Shown here: one piece after another, positions 47,615 to 57,841 of the stretch
Position numbering within the stretch: the first letter of the stretch is position 1
Layout of the letters: the number at the start of each line of letters is the position of its first letter
Source: an uncultured bacterium
GTDB lineage: Bacteria > Oederibacteriota > JAAXVQ01 > JAUVAV01
DNA length: 64,000 bases
Direction: 5' to 3'
NCBI GenBank assembly: GCA_963710755.1
Contig: CAVQBK010000013.1
Location: forward strand, 32,001 to 96,000
Program-made: the position numbers and the translations under genes
The notes under the pieces: generated by a model
Seen by the model: the letters and a program-made list of their open reading frames with translations, nothing else
The model's database searches: none
What the model was told of the DNA's origin: nothing

Positions 47615-47938
47615 TTATTCTTCTCCTTTGGATATGGTTTCTTTTGTTTCTTGAGGCCAGCGGCTGCCTTCGATTTTCAGGGCCTGACCGTCGACCAGCG
47701 CACAAGCAACTTTATGCCGGGCTGAGGCAATAATATTGCCAAACGTTTGCCGCGAAACGTCCATCTGCCGGGCCGCATCTTCCTGATACAACCCTTCCTT
47801 GTCGGCCAGACGAAGCGCTTCCACTTCATCCAGGGTAAGCAGCACCTCCTCCAGACGGTGCATGGGAATCCCACGGGGCTTAAAATAAAGCGCCTGCGGG
47901 CAGACTTCAATACAACGCTTTTTAAACGGACGCGGCAT
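47615..47938 (-). CDS. DUF134 (UPF0251) DNA-binding protein
   Basis: MPRP.K.R, FKPRGIP, EALRLAD, QEDAA..M.VSRQTF. Confidence 0.93.
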   Translation of the reverse strand: MPRPFKKRCIEVCPQALYFKPRGIPMHRLEEVLLTLDEVEALRLADKEGLYQEDAARQMDVSRQTFGNIIASARHKVACALVDGQALKIEGSRWPQETKETISKGEE

Positions 47939-47954
47939 AAGGCCTCTCTAAGTT

Positions 47955-47996
47955 ATTGGCATATGCCAATTATAGAGAATAAGGCCTTTTTGTCAA
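47955..47996 (-). promoter_or_regulatory. Promoter with overlapping 16-bp palindromic operator
   Basis: TTGACA-N16-TATAAT (47996-47969); ATTGGCATATGCCAAT at 47955-47970. Confidence 0.75.
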
Positions 47997-48070
47997 TAGG
48001 ATTTAATATTTTCATTTGACATGAGCTTGTTCTCATGGTGGATAGCGTTTGGTTTAATTAATAGGTCAAC

Positions 48071-48128
48071 GTGGGGAACAGGCCTCCCCTCTCGCTAAAG
48101 TTGCGGAGGACAAGTACCGGTTCCCTAC
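48071..48128 (-). repeat. GTAG-type REP-like palindrome with nested hairpin
   Basis: Minus strand gtagggaaccgg...cctgttccccac enclosing tcctccgcaactttagcgagaggggagg. Confidence 0.55.
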
Positions 48129-48212
48129 GGATAAGGTTTTTCAGTAATCAAGGGTTGGGCCACAGAAACAGAATAGCCATCATTGAAACGTGGCGGCCTT
48201 TAATAGCGGCCA

Positions 48213-49514
48213 TTAAAAATAAAGCTTAGCGGCCATGAACAGCAAGGTGGGATAAAGACCGAATTCACTGGTTGGTTCCAGATGAGGCAGACCGGTGGAT
48301 GTCACCAATTGGGCCTTGGAACCAAAGGACAGGAACGCACCTGCTTCCCAGGTCACGTTGTCGGCAAAACTGTAGTCCAGCGTAGGGCTCAGAAAAACAG
48401 AGCCATCCTCCAGATTGGCCAGCACTTGCATGGCTCCCGACAACAAAGGTGAAAGTTGCCAGGTGAAGCCCGGGCACAAGTAATGTCTGCCCAGTAAAAA
48501 ATCAGCACCCTTGGTGTAGGCCACGTGAGTAGCCAAGTTGGGATAGTCGGCCGGTTTGAGGCTTCCGGGACTGTTGTAATGATATTCCACGTAACCATAC
48601 CAGGTGCTGGTAAAATTGTAATCAGCACCTACGGAGAGGCGCCAGTAATCCTCCTCAGGGGTACGCTGACCCAGGGCATTGGCAAAGGTATAGGCTGCTT
48701 CCAGCCACGTGCCTGCGCCTCCGATGGAGCGGGCCAGATCCAGGCCTGCCATCACCTGTTCCTGAAAAGCCATGAGCAATACAATCACATCCGTGTCCCA
48801 CCAGTAAAAACGGGGTTTCACAAAAGCAGCACTGTCCTGCCAGCGACCGTCTTTGCCTGCCACCCAGCCGGCGTTGAATTCCCCCATGGCGCTGGTAGGC
48901 AGGCGCACCTGCACGGCATCCACACCCACCCGTTCTTCCTTGTCCAGACTCTGAAATGTGAACGGCGCCAGCACATCGGTGGGATTGATCACATGGGCCG
49001 AGCCAAAAGCCAGGGGCTGGCGGCCAATCAGGATATCACCAAAGGCAGGTGACCAGGTCAGAAGCATGCGATCCAGGTTTTGATTAACCGTGAGATTGTC
49101 GGCAGCCTTGCCTGGCGCCGGGTAAAGACGCTGATCGAGATCAGCCAGGCGATAACTGCTTGAAGTAGGCTGGGCCCAAAATTGGCTGAGACTGGCCGTG
49201 CTGCCTGCTTGCGGAGTAAGTTCGTAAGCCGCAGCCAGGGTCACCTGGCTGCTAAGAGGAAAATCGAATTTCAAGCGCAGGCTGTTGAGCACCAGCGCCT
49301 GGGCCGGCTGGTCTTGACTAGCGGCCAGGCCCGTTATTTCCGGTTGTTGCAGTGCCGTGAAAAAGTTTTTGTAATAACCATGCACAGTCCAGCTGCGCTC
49401 CCCTTGGCTGCTGTCGTCGGCCCGGACCGTCGCAGCGGCGCAGGCCAGGACCAGACCCAGCACGGTAACAATCAGGGGATAATGGCTATTGTTCACGTAC
49501 TTCATCCTTGTCAA
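48213..49514 (-). CDS. Outer-membrane beta-barrel protein of the ABC operon
   Basis: Signal peptide, GRQPLAFG, NPTD, GVDAV, C-terminal KLYF. Confidence 0.8.
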   Translation of the reverse strand: MTRMKYVNNSHYPLIVTVLGLVLACAAATVRADDSSQGERSWTVHGYYKNFFTALQQPEITGLAASQDQPAQALVLNSLRLKFDFPLSSQVTLAAAYELTPQAGSTASLSQFWAQPTSSSYRLADLDQRLYPAPGKAADNLTVNQNLDRMLLTWSPAFGDILIGRQPLAFGSAHVINPTDVLAPFTFQSLDKEERVGVDAVQVRLPTSAMGEFNAGWVAGKDGRWQDSAAFVKPRFYWWDTDVIVLLMAFQEQVMAGLDLARSIGGAGTWLEAAYTFANALGQRTPEEDYWRLSVGADYNFTSTWYGYVEYHYNSPGSLKPADYPNLATHVAYTKGADFLLGRHYLCPGFTWQLSPLLSGAMQVLANLEDGSVFLSPTLDYSFADNVTWEAGAFLSFGSKAQLVTSTGLPHLEPTSEFGLYPTLLFMAAKLYF

Positions 49515-50211
49515 TATGACCGTCCTTGAGCACCACCAAACGCTTGGCTCGCTGCATGATCAGATTGTCATGGGTGGAAAATACAAAGGTCATATTCCTT
49601 TTTTCATTGAGCTCGCGCATCATGTCCAGCAGTGCCGAACCAGTGGCGGAATCCAGGTTGGCAGTGGGTTCATCAGCCAGAATGATGTCCGGTTCGGAGA
49701 CCATGGCCCTGGCCACAGCCACCCGTTGCTGCTGCCCGCCCGACAGTTGAGCCGGCCGGCGGTCTTCCATGCCCTGCATGCCCACGTCCTTTAAAATGGA
49801 CGTTACCCGCCGTGCCCGTTCTTCAGCCGGGACGCCCTGCAACAACATGATGTACTCGATATTCTCCCGGGCGGAAAGCACGGGAATGAGATTGTATGAT
49901 TGGAAAATGAACCCGATGTGATCGCGGCGGAAATCGGAGAGTTCGGACCCGCTCATGGACGTGATGTTCTTGCTGTCCAAAAACACATGGCCTGTGGAGG
50001 TGCCGTCCAGGCCGCTGATGATGTTGAGCAACGACGTCTTGCCTGATCCCGACGGTCCGGCGATGGCTGTGAATTCCCCGCGCTTGATGGTTAAGGTCAC
50101 ATCCTGCAAAGCCTTCACCTCAATTTCACCATTGCGGTAGACCTTACTGATGTGCTCCACCCGGATCACATCCTCGGTTTTTTCTGCCTGTGGTGCAACG
50201 CCTGAAGTCAT
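49486..50211 (-). CDS. ABC ATP-binding protein (LolD/MacB-like)
   Basis: [27 protein letters not shown]. Confidence 0.95.
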   Translation of the reverse strand: MTSGVAPQAEKTEDVIRVEHISKVYRNGEIEVKALQDVTLTIKRGEFTAIAGPSGSGKTSLLNIISGLDGTSTGHVFLDSKNITSMSGSELSDFRRDHIGFIFQSYNLIPVLSARENIEYIMLLQGVPAEERARRVTSILKDVGMQGMEDRRPAQLSGGQQQRVAVARAMVSEPDIILADEPTANLDSATGSALLDMMRELNEKRNMTFVFSTHDNLIMQRAKRLVVLKDGHIDKDEVREQ

Positions 50212-50296
50212 GGCCAGCTCCTTTGTTGAAATGATCATTGACTGATATTAAAGCAACGCAACTCTTCCCTTTGGAATAATGTCATTAAGTTTTTTG

Positions 50297-50382
50297 TCGT
50301 CATACCGGTGAAGGCCGGTATCCGGAGGTTTTGATTTTTAAATCTTTTCCGAATCCCCTTTAAGAGCACAACGGGATGACGA
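50297..50382 (+). repeat. 86-bp REP/RPE-like palindromic element, copy 2
   Basis: tcgtcataccggtgaaggccggtatcc...cgggatgacga. Confidence 0.8.
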
Positions 50383-50431
50383 TCTATGAAATCCAATAGC
50401 AGCAGAAGCACGCAGACTAAAACCCCAATAG

Positions 50432-51658
50432 TTACAAACTCTTTTTCATGGCCTTGGCCGGGGTCAGCCGGGCGGCATAGATAGCCGGATAAAGCCCCAC
50501 CAGCGCTGTGAACACAAACAACCAGATAGGATAAACCACATACTGGTAGCTGCGCATTACCGGATAGAGCAGGCTCTTAATGGTCACGCCCGTAAATTCC
50601 AGGCCGCGGTAATCAATGCCCACCACCTGATAGTAGCGGGTCAATCCATAACCCAGCACAATGCCGATAATGATGCTGATCACGGCCAAGCTGCACGCTT
50701 CCAAAAGAATCATCAGGGCCATGCGCCCCGGCCGGGTGCCAATGGCCCGCATCACCCCGAATTCAAACATCCGCTCATAGAGGGACATAAACAGGGTGTT
50801 CATGATGCCAAAGGACACCACCCCAAAGAGGATCAGCGCTGTGATGAACATGGCAAACGAAGACATGTCGGCAAAAGCCTTCAGATCAGGAAACAACTGG
50901 CCCCAGCCCATGGCTTCGTTGCCATCCTGGGAATAGTGCTTCCAAAAAGGCAGGTTCTTGTCGGACGCCAATTTCAAATTGGTAAAATCAAGAGCAATCT
51001 CATGAAAATGATCGTCCAGCATCAGCAATTGCTGGGCCTTGGTCAGATTGATAAAAGCCACGCTGCTATCCAAATCACGCTGGGAAAATTTGAATATACC
51101 GCCGACGCGGAACATTTCCTGGGAAAGTTCACCGGTATGCGCCTGAGCCACGGTGATCACTACCCTGTCGTCCAAGCTCAGGCTTAGGTTTTTGGCCAGT
51201 TGCTCACCCACCAGAATCTGGTTGGGATGATCAGAGCTTAAATAAGACCCAGATTGAATGACCTCTTTCAGATTGGAGACCGTGGCTTCCTTGGCCGGGT
51301 CCACGCCGTAGAGCAAAATGGAGCTTACATCCGCCGGCGAAGTGAGCATGCCGTAGCTGAGGACGCGGGGCGCAAAGCTTTTAACAATAGGTTCTTTGGC
51401 CAGCGAGGTGAGGATGTCCTGGCCATGACTGACCGTCAGCTCCACATCCATGGACTTGCGGAAGCCCTCATGGTGAATCTGGGCTTCCCCGGGCAAAGTA
51501 GCAGTGGCGGTCTGCACCATGCCATTGATCATGCCCTGCATATAGCCGTCACCGAAAATCAAGGCCGCCAGGCCCACGCCAATGGCCAGACCTGAAAGCA
51601 GCGTGCGGCGCGTATTGCGAAAGAGATTTCGCCAAGCCAATTTAAGCAGCAGCCACAT
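50432..51658 (-). CDS. ABC permease (LolC/E-FtsX family)
   Basis: LAWRNL.RN.RR, ERMFEFGVMRAIG, YPA..AA. Confidence 0.93.
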   Translation of the reverse strand: MWLLLKLAWRNLFRNTRRTLLSGLAIGVGLAALIFGDGYMQGMINGMVQTATATLPGEAQIHHEGFRKSMDVELTVSHGQDILTSLAKEPIVKSFAPRVLSYGMLTSPADVSSILLYGVDPAKEATVSNLKEVIQSGSYLSSDHPNQILVGEQLAKNLSLSLDDRVVITVAQAHTGELSQEMFRVGGIFKFSQRDLDSSVAFINLTKAQQLLMLDDHFHEIALDFTNLKLASDKNLPFWKHYSQDGNEAMGWGQLFPDLKAFADMSSFAMFITALILFGVVSFGIMNTLFMSLYERMFEFGVMRAIGTRPGRMALMILLEACSLAVISIIIGIVLGYGLTRYYQVVGIDYRGLEFTGVTIKSLLYPVMRSYQYVVYPIWLFVFTALVGLYPAIYAARLTPAKAMKKSL

Positions 51659-51723
51659 AAGAACGCTCCTTCATACGATGCTCTTCCGCCTTCCTATGAT
51701 TAAGCCCTTTAGGAACAGGAAGG

Positions 51724-52938
51724 TTATAAACGAATCGCTCGCACTGGTTTAATATGCACGGCCCTAAGCGCCGGAATAATGCTGACCAAAACAGAGGTAA
51801 AAAAGGTCACCACAGCCGGAATGAGCAGACAGCGCACATTGATCACACCCTGCATGGTGGTAATCACAATGCCCCCCATGTCCATACCCTCAGGATAGGC
51901 AATGCCATGAATGGACATGTAATAATTGATACCCAAACTGAGGATAGTACCAATGATCACCGCCAGACCGGCCAAAAAACTGGTTTCCAGCAGGATGAGT
52001 TTGAACAGGGCCCAGGGCCTGGTTCCCAAGGCTTTGAGCACCCCGTACTCACGGGTACGCTCCAAGATAGACATGAGCACTGTATTGAGCACCCCAATAG
52101 CCACGATGACAATTATAATCATCAGCGATATCCACATGCCTTCCTTATCAGCCATCATGGCCCGGTAAAAAGGCCTCTCCACCTCCTGCCAGGGCATGAC
52201 TTCCAGTTGAGGATCATTAAGTTTGGCGCTGATGGTCTTGGCGGCTTGACGCGATTCCTTAAAATTATTGAGCACCACCACCATCTCGTGCACCCGACCG
52301 GGCAATACCAGGAAATCCTGAGCGGTTTGCAGCTGCAGGTAGCAGTTGCGGCTTTCGGCCGTATTGATGCCGCCTTTGAGAATAGCCACGATTTTGAACA
52401 GGTCATTGGCAATGGACCCGTCCGCACCCTGGGCAATCAATACCAGGTCATCGCCCACTTTGGCATTGAGGACTTCCGCCAATCCTCCGCCGATCATGGC
52501 TTCCTTAGCCGGGGTTTTGCCCAGCATGTGACCCTGCCCGATTTTGTCAACGAAGTGAGTGGTTTGGGGCTCTCGCACCGGATCAATGCCCACGATTCGG
52601 GCGGCCGTGGTTTTGCTGCCGATAAAGGACAGGGCCGGCGAGAACACCCGGGGCGTCCACGATTCCACGTCCTTGACCTCCATGACTTTGCGGCCGATGG
52701 CGTCCACATCGTCAAAGTTATTAAACAAGGTAGGTTTTTCCAGGTAGCCCTTGCGATGAATCTGCACATGGCCGGTAGAAGATAAGGTAAAGGCCTCGAT
52801 GGCCCGGTCATAAGTGCCGTCGGAAATGGAAATGGACAAGGAAAGTAATACAAAACCGCCCACCATGGTCAATCCCGTCAACAGGGAGCGTCGTTTTTGA
52901 CGCAGCACATTTCGGTAGGCTATTTTGGTTAAAAACAT
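51724..52938 (-). CDS. ABC permease (LolC/E-FtsX family)
   Basis: IAYRNV.RQKRR, ERTREYGVLKALG. Confidence 0.93.
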   Translation of the reverse strand: MFLTKIAYRNVLRQKRRSLLTGLTMVGGFVLLSLSISISDGTYDRAIEAFTLSSTGHVQIHRKGYLEKPTLFNNFDDVDAIGRKVMEVKDVESWTPRVFSPALSFIGSKTTAARIVGIDPVREPQTTHFVDKIGQGHMLGKTPAKEAMIGGGLAEVLNAKVGDDLVLIAQGADGSIANDLFKIVAILKGGINTAESRNCYLQLQTAQDFLVLPGRVHEMVVVLNNFKESRQAAKTISAKLNDPQLEVMPWQEVERPFYRAMMADKEGMWISLMIIIVIVAIGVLNTVLMSILERTREYGVLKALGTRPWALFKLILLETSFLAGLAVIIGTILSLGINYYMSIHGIAYPEGMDMGGIVITTMQGVINVRCLLIPAVVTFFTSVLVSIIPALRAVHIKPVRAIRL

Positions 52939-53015
52939 GGCATGGCTCCTTCCCAGTTATGGTTTGCCCTGGGCGCAAGCCCCGCAAACCAGGCGGATAA
53001 GAAGTTTGGCAAACG

Positions 53016-53777
53016 TCAAATTTTCTTCTGCAAATTGCGCAAGCTAAAGGTTGATGCCGGCACACCTTGGTCGAACACGGCCTTTTGATACTCAATCACC
53101 GTGGTGTTGCCCGGCTTGTTCAGGGGTTTGACTTCCATAATGGTGGGAATAAGACGGCCGCCCATTTTTTTAATCCCCTTGAAATCAATGCGCCGCATTT
53201 TCTTGCCTTTTTCATCGTAGTAGTCTTCACTGACAGGGATATAATCGGACTTGCGTACCACAGAGATGATCTTGCCCCATACGGTGGCGCTCTGGGCTTT
53301 GGGGATTAGTTCAATATAATAATAGTCGGGATTGGCGTCCGCCGGCGGAGCCAGGCGGGCGTTGTAATCATCGAGTAAGGTGGTTTCCTTGACCAGGTCA
53401 TCATTGGTAAAGTCCGATCCCATCCAGGAGCTCATCATCATGGACGGCGGCACTTTCATGACTTTGTCGATTTTGGGAAAGTAATTCCACATTTCCTTGT
53501 CCACCCGCAGCGTGGCCACGCCGCGGTCTTTGGCCGGTTCCAGGATACGGATGAAGGTTTTTTTCATGCCTTGGGACCAGATGTCCATGGTCAGGGTGCG
53601 TTGGTAATGGGGATTGACAATGCGCATTACCATGCGGGCGTAGCTGTTGTCGGCACGGTAGAGTTTGTCGACTTTTTTGACAATGGCATCGACTTCAGCG
53701 CTGGTTTCGGCAATAGTGATAGCGCTGAGACTGAGCAGGCAGAGGGATACGGCTAAAGCGCTTACGATTCGTTTCAT
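53016..53777 (-). CDS. LolA-like outer membrane lipoprotein-sorting protein
   Basis: PAKDRG..TL, MWNYFP, SWMGSDFTNDDL. Confidence 0.9.
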   Translation of the reverse strand: MKRIVSALAVSLCLLSLSAITIAETSAEVDAIVKKVDKLYRADNSYARMVMRIVNPHYQRTLTMDIWSQGMKKTFIRILEPAKDRGVATLRVDKEMWNYFPKIDKVMKVPPSMMMSSWMGSDFTNDDLVKETTLLDDYNARLAPPADANPDYYYIELIPKAQSATVWGKIISVVRKSDYIPVSEDYYDEKGKKMRRIDFKGIKKMGGRLIPTIMEVKPLNKPGNTTVIEYQKAVFDQGVPASTFSLRNLQKKI

Positions 53778-53945
53778 GAGGAGCACCTCCCGCAGGGTAT
53801 GAAAAACAGGACAGCTTGAGTTGCAAATCAGTATGCCATTATTGGCTGAAGGCGTCAAATTTTTATTGGCGAGTGATGGGACTTATGGTGAGGCATTACA
53901 TGGCTGTCGGGTGAATACCGTTTCTGTGCAGATCATCACTATAGC

Positions 53946-54331
53946 TTAACCGATTAAAGCAGCAGACCAATCATAAACTTTATTAGCCAACTCAATCGCC
54001 TTTTTATACTCCTCTGCATTAACCTTTTCCCATTCGCCAGGATAGCGAGCGGTAATGGCATAGTCCGTTAAATGGAAGCAGCGTTGATTTCAGGCGGAAT
54101 AATAAGCTGACTACTTAAAGTTTCCATCAGTAGTTTAATATTGTGAGTTTTAGGGACTTCCAGATGATACTTCACTAACAAAGCTTTAATTGATTTTTCA
54201 GCCGCTTGTTGTGCATGATAACAAAGCGTATCCAACAATATTTCTTCCGAAGTTCGGTTGGAAGCAATAAGCAAATCGCTTTTGGCATGTTTTAGCCAAG
54301 CTTTAGGTTCACCAGCTTGCGGTTCAGGCAT
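53946..54331 (-). pseudogene. HEPN domain toxin, frameshifted
   Basis: CYHAQQAAEKSIKA, KTHNI; stop at 54068 but LTDYAITARYPGE...ALIG* continues in another frame; one missing T restores it. Confidence 0.85.
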
Positions 54332-54641
54332 TATAAAGGGGCTTCCCTTCTTCGAGAACAGACTTGTATATCAAACTGGAATTATCCTTGTTTTTTTCCA
54401 TGTCCTGTTCTGTGGCAACCACAATTTCATAAGGAATCTTTATACCTTCAATATGCTGGTACAAATGTTGTGCCGTGTGCCGGCGATGGGTGCCTTCCGG
54501 CATGACAACCATAATATCAAGATCGCTGTCAGCGTGCATCTCCCCTCTTGCGGCCGATCCGAAAAGGATAATCTTCAACGGATGGACAAGCTCAATGATC
54601 TTACACTTTAATTGTTCCAAAACTTGATAATCAGGACTCAT
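54324..54641 (-). CDS. Minimal nucleotidyltransferase (MNT) antitoxin
   Basis: ILFGSAARG....SDLDIMV; overlaps HEPN start. Confidence 0.92.
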   Translation of the reverse strand: MSPDYQVLEQLKCKIIELVHPLKIILFGSAARGEMHADSDLDIMVVMPEGTHRRHTAQHLYQHIEGIKIPYEIVVATEQDMEKNKDNSSLIYKSVLEEGKPLYNA

Positions 54642-54785
54642 ATTAGCCTCTGAGATGTAATAAATCGCGGATTTATTATACATCGATTTATTAGATGATG
54701 GGATGAATTTTTCTTCTTTGTCTTCATGACTTTATAACGACTTTATTCACCGGATAGTTAATCAGGTATCCACCAGATGACGGAA

Positions 54786-55073
54786 TTAAAATAGATATTT
54801 CTTGCTTCCCATCCTCACCTCTTCCACCACCGCCAGTTCAATCACCCCTCTCAAACACCACATCAGCTCCTGCAGCATCCCCATATCCATATCTTCCGGG
54901 AAGACGGCCACGGGGTTTCGCTCCATTAAAACTGTATAAGCCCCCCAATGAACGACAGGAATCTCATTGAGCAGGATACGGTTATCAATAGTCACCCGGG
55001 CAACGCCGGCAATGGCCTATAGATGAGAATGACTGGGGTGGATGGTGATGGAGAGGTTGGGGGTATAGGTCAT
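54786..55073 (-). pseudogene. Small gene with in-frame TAG; weak SpoVG-like resemblance
   Basis: RBS ggag 7 nt before ATG 55073; TAG at 55017-55019 then the same frame continues into ORF 54995-54786. Confidence 0.4.
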
Positions 55074-55174
55074 GGAATGACTCCAATCAATGCGTTTTGT
55101 CATTCGTGAGTATGCTCATGTTGTTAGAGATCGGTGCCAGCCACCTTTTCAAGCAAGTAATATGGGAAGTCATT

Positions 55175-57190
55175 TCAGCGGATAATAGCCAGCTTGGTGG
55201 ACGCCCGTTCACAGCGGCCATCCTTGGTCCGCGTATCAATATAAAGGATATACCCCCCCGGGCGCAGCCGATTGCCCTGACTGTCGCGGCAGTCAAAGGC
55301 CCATTGATACTGCTGGCCGAAAGCCTGTCCAATCTGCTCTCCACAATCATGCCTCAATAGTATATCTCCCAAATAGTTATATATTGATATTTTGACCGAT
55401 GCATTTTCATAGAGACAGTAGTAGACATTTAACTGAGGCTTGCTCAAGGCGCAAGGATTGGGATAGACATGCACATTCGCAAGGGTTTGGGACGGTGCGG
55501 GTACGGAAGTATGACTGGGGATAGGTGTAACGGACGAGGTCAGCGTGGGGATGGGCGAAAAGACCATGGTCTGGGTAGGAGAAACCGTCAGGGTTGGTGA
55601 AGGGGTGGAAGTTAGCGTTGCTGTTCCTGTGTCAATAGGCGAAGCCGTTACGGTCCCGGTCGGTGAAGGAGTAAGTGTAGGTGAACCGATAGGCGTTTCC
55701 GTGACCGATGGGGTGAACGTAGGCGTGGCGGTGGGCGATGGCGTAAAGCTTGGTGAAAAGGTAATGGTCGCAGTGGGTGTTGCCGTGGGGGTAATGGTGC
55801 AGGTTTCGGTGACGGTAGCCGTTAGGAATGATTCGTTGATGGTAACAATAGAACAATCAGTGCCTGAAACAAAAGCATTAAGCGGAGTGCCCCAAGTGGC
55901 GCTGCTCGACCCGGTGACAATGACATGACCAAGTCCATCCAAGGCAATACCAGTTCCGAAATCATCGCCGCTTCCCCCTAAAAACATATGCCAGTTATAA
56001 ATACCGGCGCTGGTTAATTTGATCACCAGTATATCTTCACCAGCCGTATAGGCTCTGTCAGGAACTCCCCAATCAGCTGTGCTTTTACCTTCCAAATAAA
56101 TCGCCGGCTCACCCTCTTCATAAATCATGCCGTCCACGTCGTCAGAGCCCGTCCCTCCAATAAAGGTATGCCATTGTAGTGCCCCGGCTGGATTCAATTT
56201 TGCAATAAAGCCATCCAACCCGCCGTGATGGCCTTCGATGGGTGTTCCCCAGGTGGCCCCGGAAGTGCCAAGGGCATAAACATTTCCCGCACTATCTGTT
56301 TTTAAAGTAGTTCCATAATCATTGCCAGCGCCCGGACCAGGTCCGCCCAGAAACGTATTCCAAACATAAAATCCATTATGATCAATTTTGGCAGCATAAG
56401 CATCATAGGCACTTCCCGAATAAGCACGAACGGGGGTGCCCCAAGTACCATTACTAAAGCCGATAATATGTGAATTGGCACTGCCATCCAAACTGATGCC
56501 ACCCACACTATTATCCGCCCCATTACCGGCAGTAAAGGTACTCCAAATTAACGACCCACTGTTGTTCAATCTCGCAATAAAAATATTGACGCCGGTTGTA
56601 AACGGTTGCACCGGTGTCCCCCAGGTGGTATCACTATCACCGGTAATAAAAATATCACCGGTGCTTGGATCAATATCCAATCCCCGGCCGCGGTCGCGGC
56701 CGGGGCCACCGATAAAGGTATGCCAAATCAGGTTCCCATTCAAATCAAGTTTGGCCACAAAAGCATCGAAATTGCCACCATAGGCTTGCAAAGGTGTTCC
56801 CCAACTGGCATTACACATCCCGGTAATATAGATATGATTATCAAAATTTGAATAAGCGATACCAGTAGAATAATCCGTTCCCGTACCGCCTAAAAAAGTA
56901 TGCCAAATCAGCGTACCGTCAGGTGTTAGTTTTGAGACCGACAAATCAGCACCACCACTGTAAGGCAGAATAGGCGTTCCCCAATCAGCATCGCAATAGG
57001 CCGTTATATAGATATTTTTACTGGTATCCAACGTGACGTCATCAGCGCCATCGCCGCCAGAGCCGCCTAAAAAAGTATTCCAAGATATTGTGACAGCACC
57101 TGAATCAATAGGATTAATAGAACCTATTAAAGCGATTAAAAGCAAGCTGGTGCAAATCTGTTTAATCTTTACTGCTAATTTTGGCACCAT
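55175..57190 (-). CDS. Secreted SBBP-like beta-propeller protein with T/P stalk and the same C-terminal domain
   Basis: WNTFLGG/WHTFIGG repeats, WGTP, YPNPC...IYNYLG...DCRDS. Confidence 0.9.
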   Translation of the reverse strand: MVPKLAVKIKQICTSLLLIALIGSINPIDSGAVTISWNTFLGGSGGDGADDVTLDTSKNIYITAYCDADWGTPILPYSGGADLSVSKLTPDGTLIWHTFLGGTGTDYSTGIAYSNFDNHIYITGMCNASWGTPLQAYGGNFDAFVAKLDLNGNLIWHTFIGGPGRDRGRGLDIDPSTGDIFITGDSDTTWGTPVQPFTTGVNIFIARLNNSGSLIWSTFTAGNGADNSVGGISLDGSANSHIIGFSNGTWGTPVRAYSGSAYDAYAAKIDHNGFYVWNTFLGGPGPGAGNDYGTTLKTDSAGNVYALGTSGATWGTPIEGHHGGLDGFIAKLNPAGALQWHTFIGGTGSDDVDGMIYEEGEPAIYLEGKSTADWGVPDRAYTAGEDILVIKLTSAGIYNWHMFLGGSGDDFGTGIALDGLGHVIVTGSSSATWGTPLNAFVSGTDCSIVTINESFLTATVTETCTITPTATPTATITFSPSFTPSPTATPTFTPSVTETPIGSPTLTPSPTGTVTASPIDTGTATLTSTPSPTLTVSPTQTMVFSPIPTLTSSVTPIPSHTSVPAPSQTLANVHVYPNPCALSKPQLNVYYCLYENASVKISIYNYLGDILLRHDCGEQIGQAFGQQYQWAFDCRDSQGNRLRPGGYILYIDTRTKDGRCERASTKLAIIR

Positions 57191-57674
57191 AATGATTCCT
57201 AAACACTGGTTATTTGGTTGGGTTTAGTGTAGTGCCTCCAACGCTTTTTTACGTTTTCGTTCATGCCTCACCTGTTACCCCGCCACACTTGCAGCCCGAG
57301 CCCGGGAATTTTTATCATCGCCAAGTGCGTTTTCTGGTCCCGGCTACAAGCATGTTGGGATGAAGTAAGTCAATTAATTTATGAGGTACTGCACCAAGTT
57401 ATCAACCCCATCTTGCTTTCCCTAATGTCCGCATCTTATGAAATATCACGAAGGATATTCCTTTTTATGGTCATCGCGAGGTTACACCCTATTGTCTTCA
57501 AGACCGAAAACAACACCGCTATTGATTCCCTCTGTATTTTTATTCTCGGCCTGTTCCCATGGGTATATAACCAATTATCCCGATCTTTTTCGTCCCTTTT
57601 TCAGGCAACAACGCCCCGCTATAATAGCCCTAATGCGACGAGTACAACACGGCCTCATAGGCGAGCTGAAAGAG

Positions 57675-57709
57675 GTATAGAAACACCTCTAGACGGGGTG
57701 TTTCTATAC
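57675..57709. other. Perfect 13-bp hairpin upstream of the SLT gene
   Basis: gtatagaaacacc...ggtgtttctatac. Confidence 0.6.
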
Positions 57710-57841
57710 GGACGAAAAAAGTCATTAAAAAGAAGAATTAGCTCAGGACATAAGGAGCAAAAAGGTTACTAATATAATGGTGGATCAAAACAAAGTAATT
57801 GCGAAGGGAAAGGGTCTTTATTACCTTTTGAGAGGGGGGGT

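Noticed and set aside
51754-52785. 343-aa antisense ORF (likewise 44367-45047, 60663-61541, 32356-33156)
   Set aside because: Antisense to well-conserved genes; no motifs; expected from codon bias.
57660-57730. Hammerhead-like ctgaaagag...cgaaa around the hairpin
   Set aside because: Core has an extra base, and stems I/III with an NUH site cannot be formed.
57263-57772. 169-aa ORF in the divergent intergenic region
   Set aside because: No RBS or recognisable motif; overlaps promoter-like and hairpin sequence.
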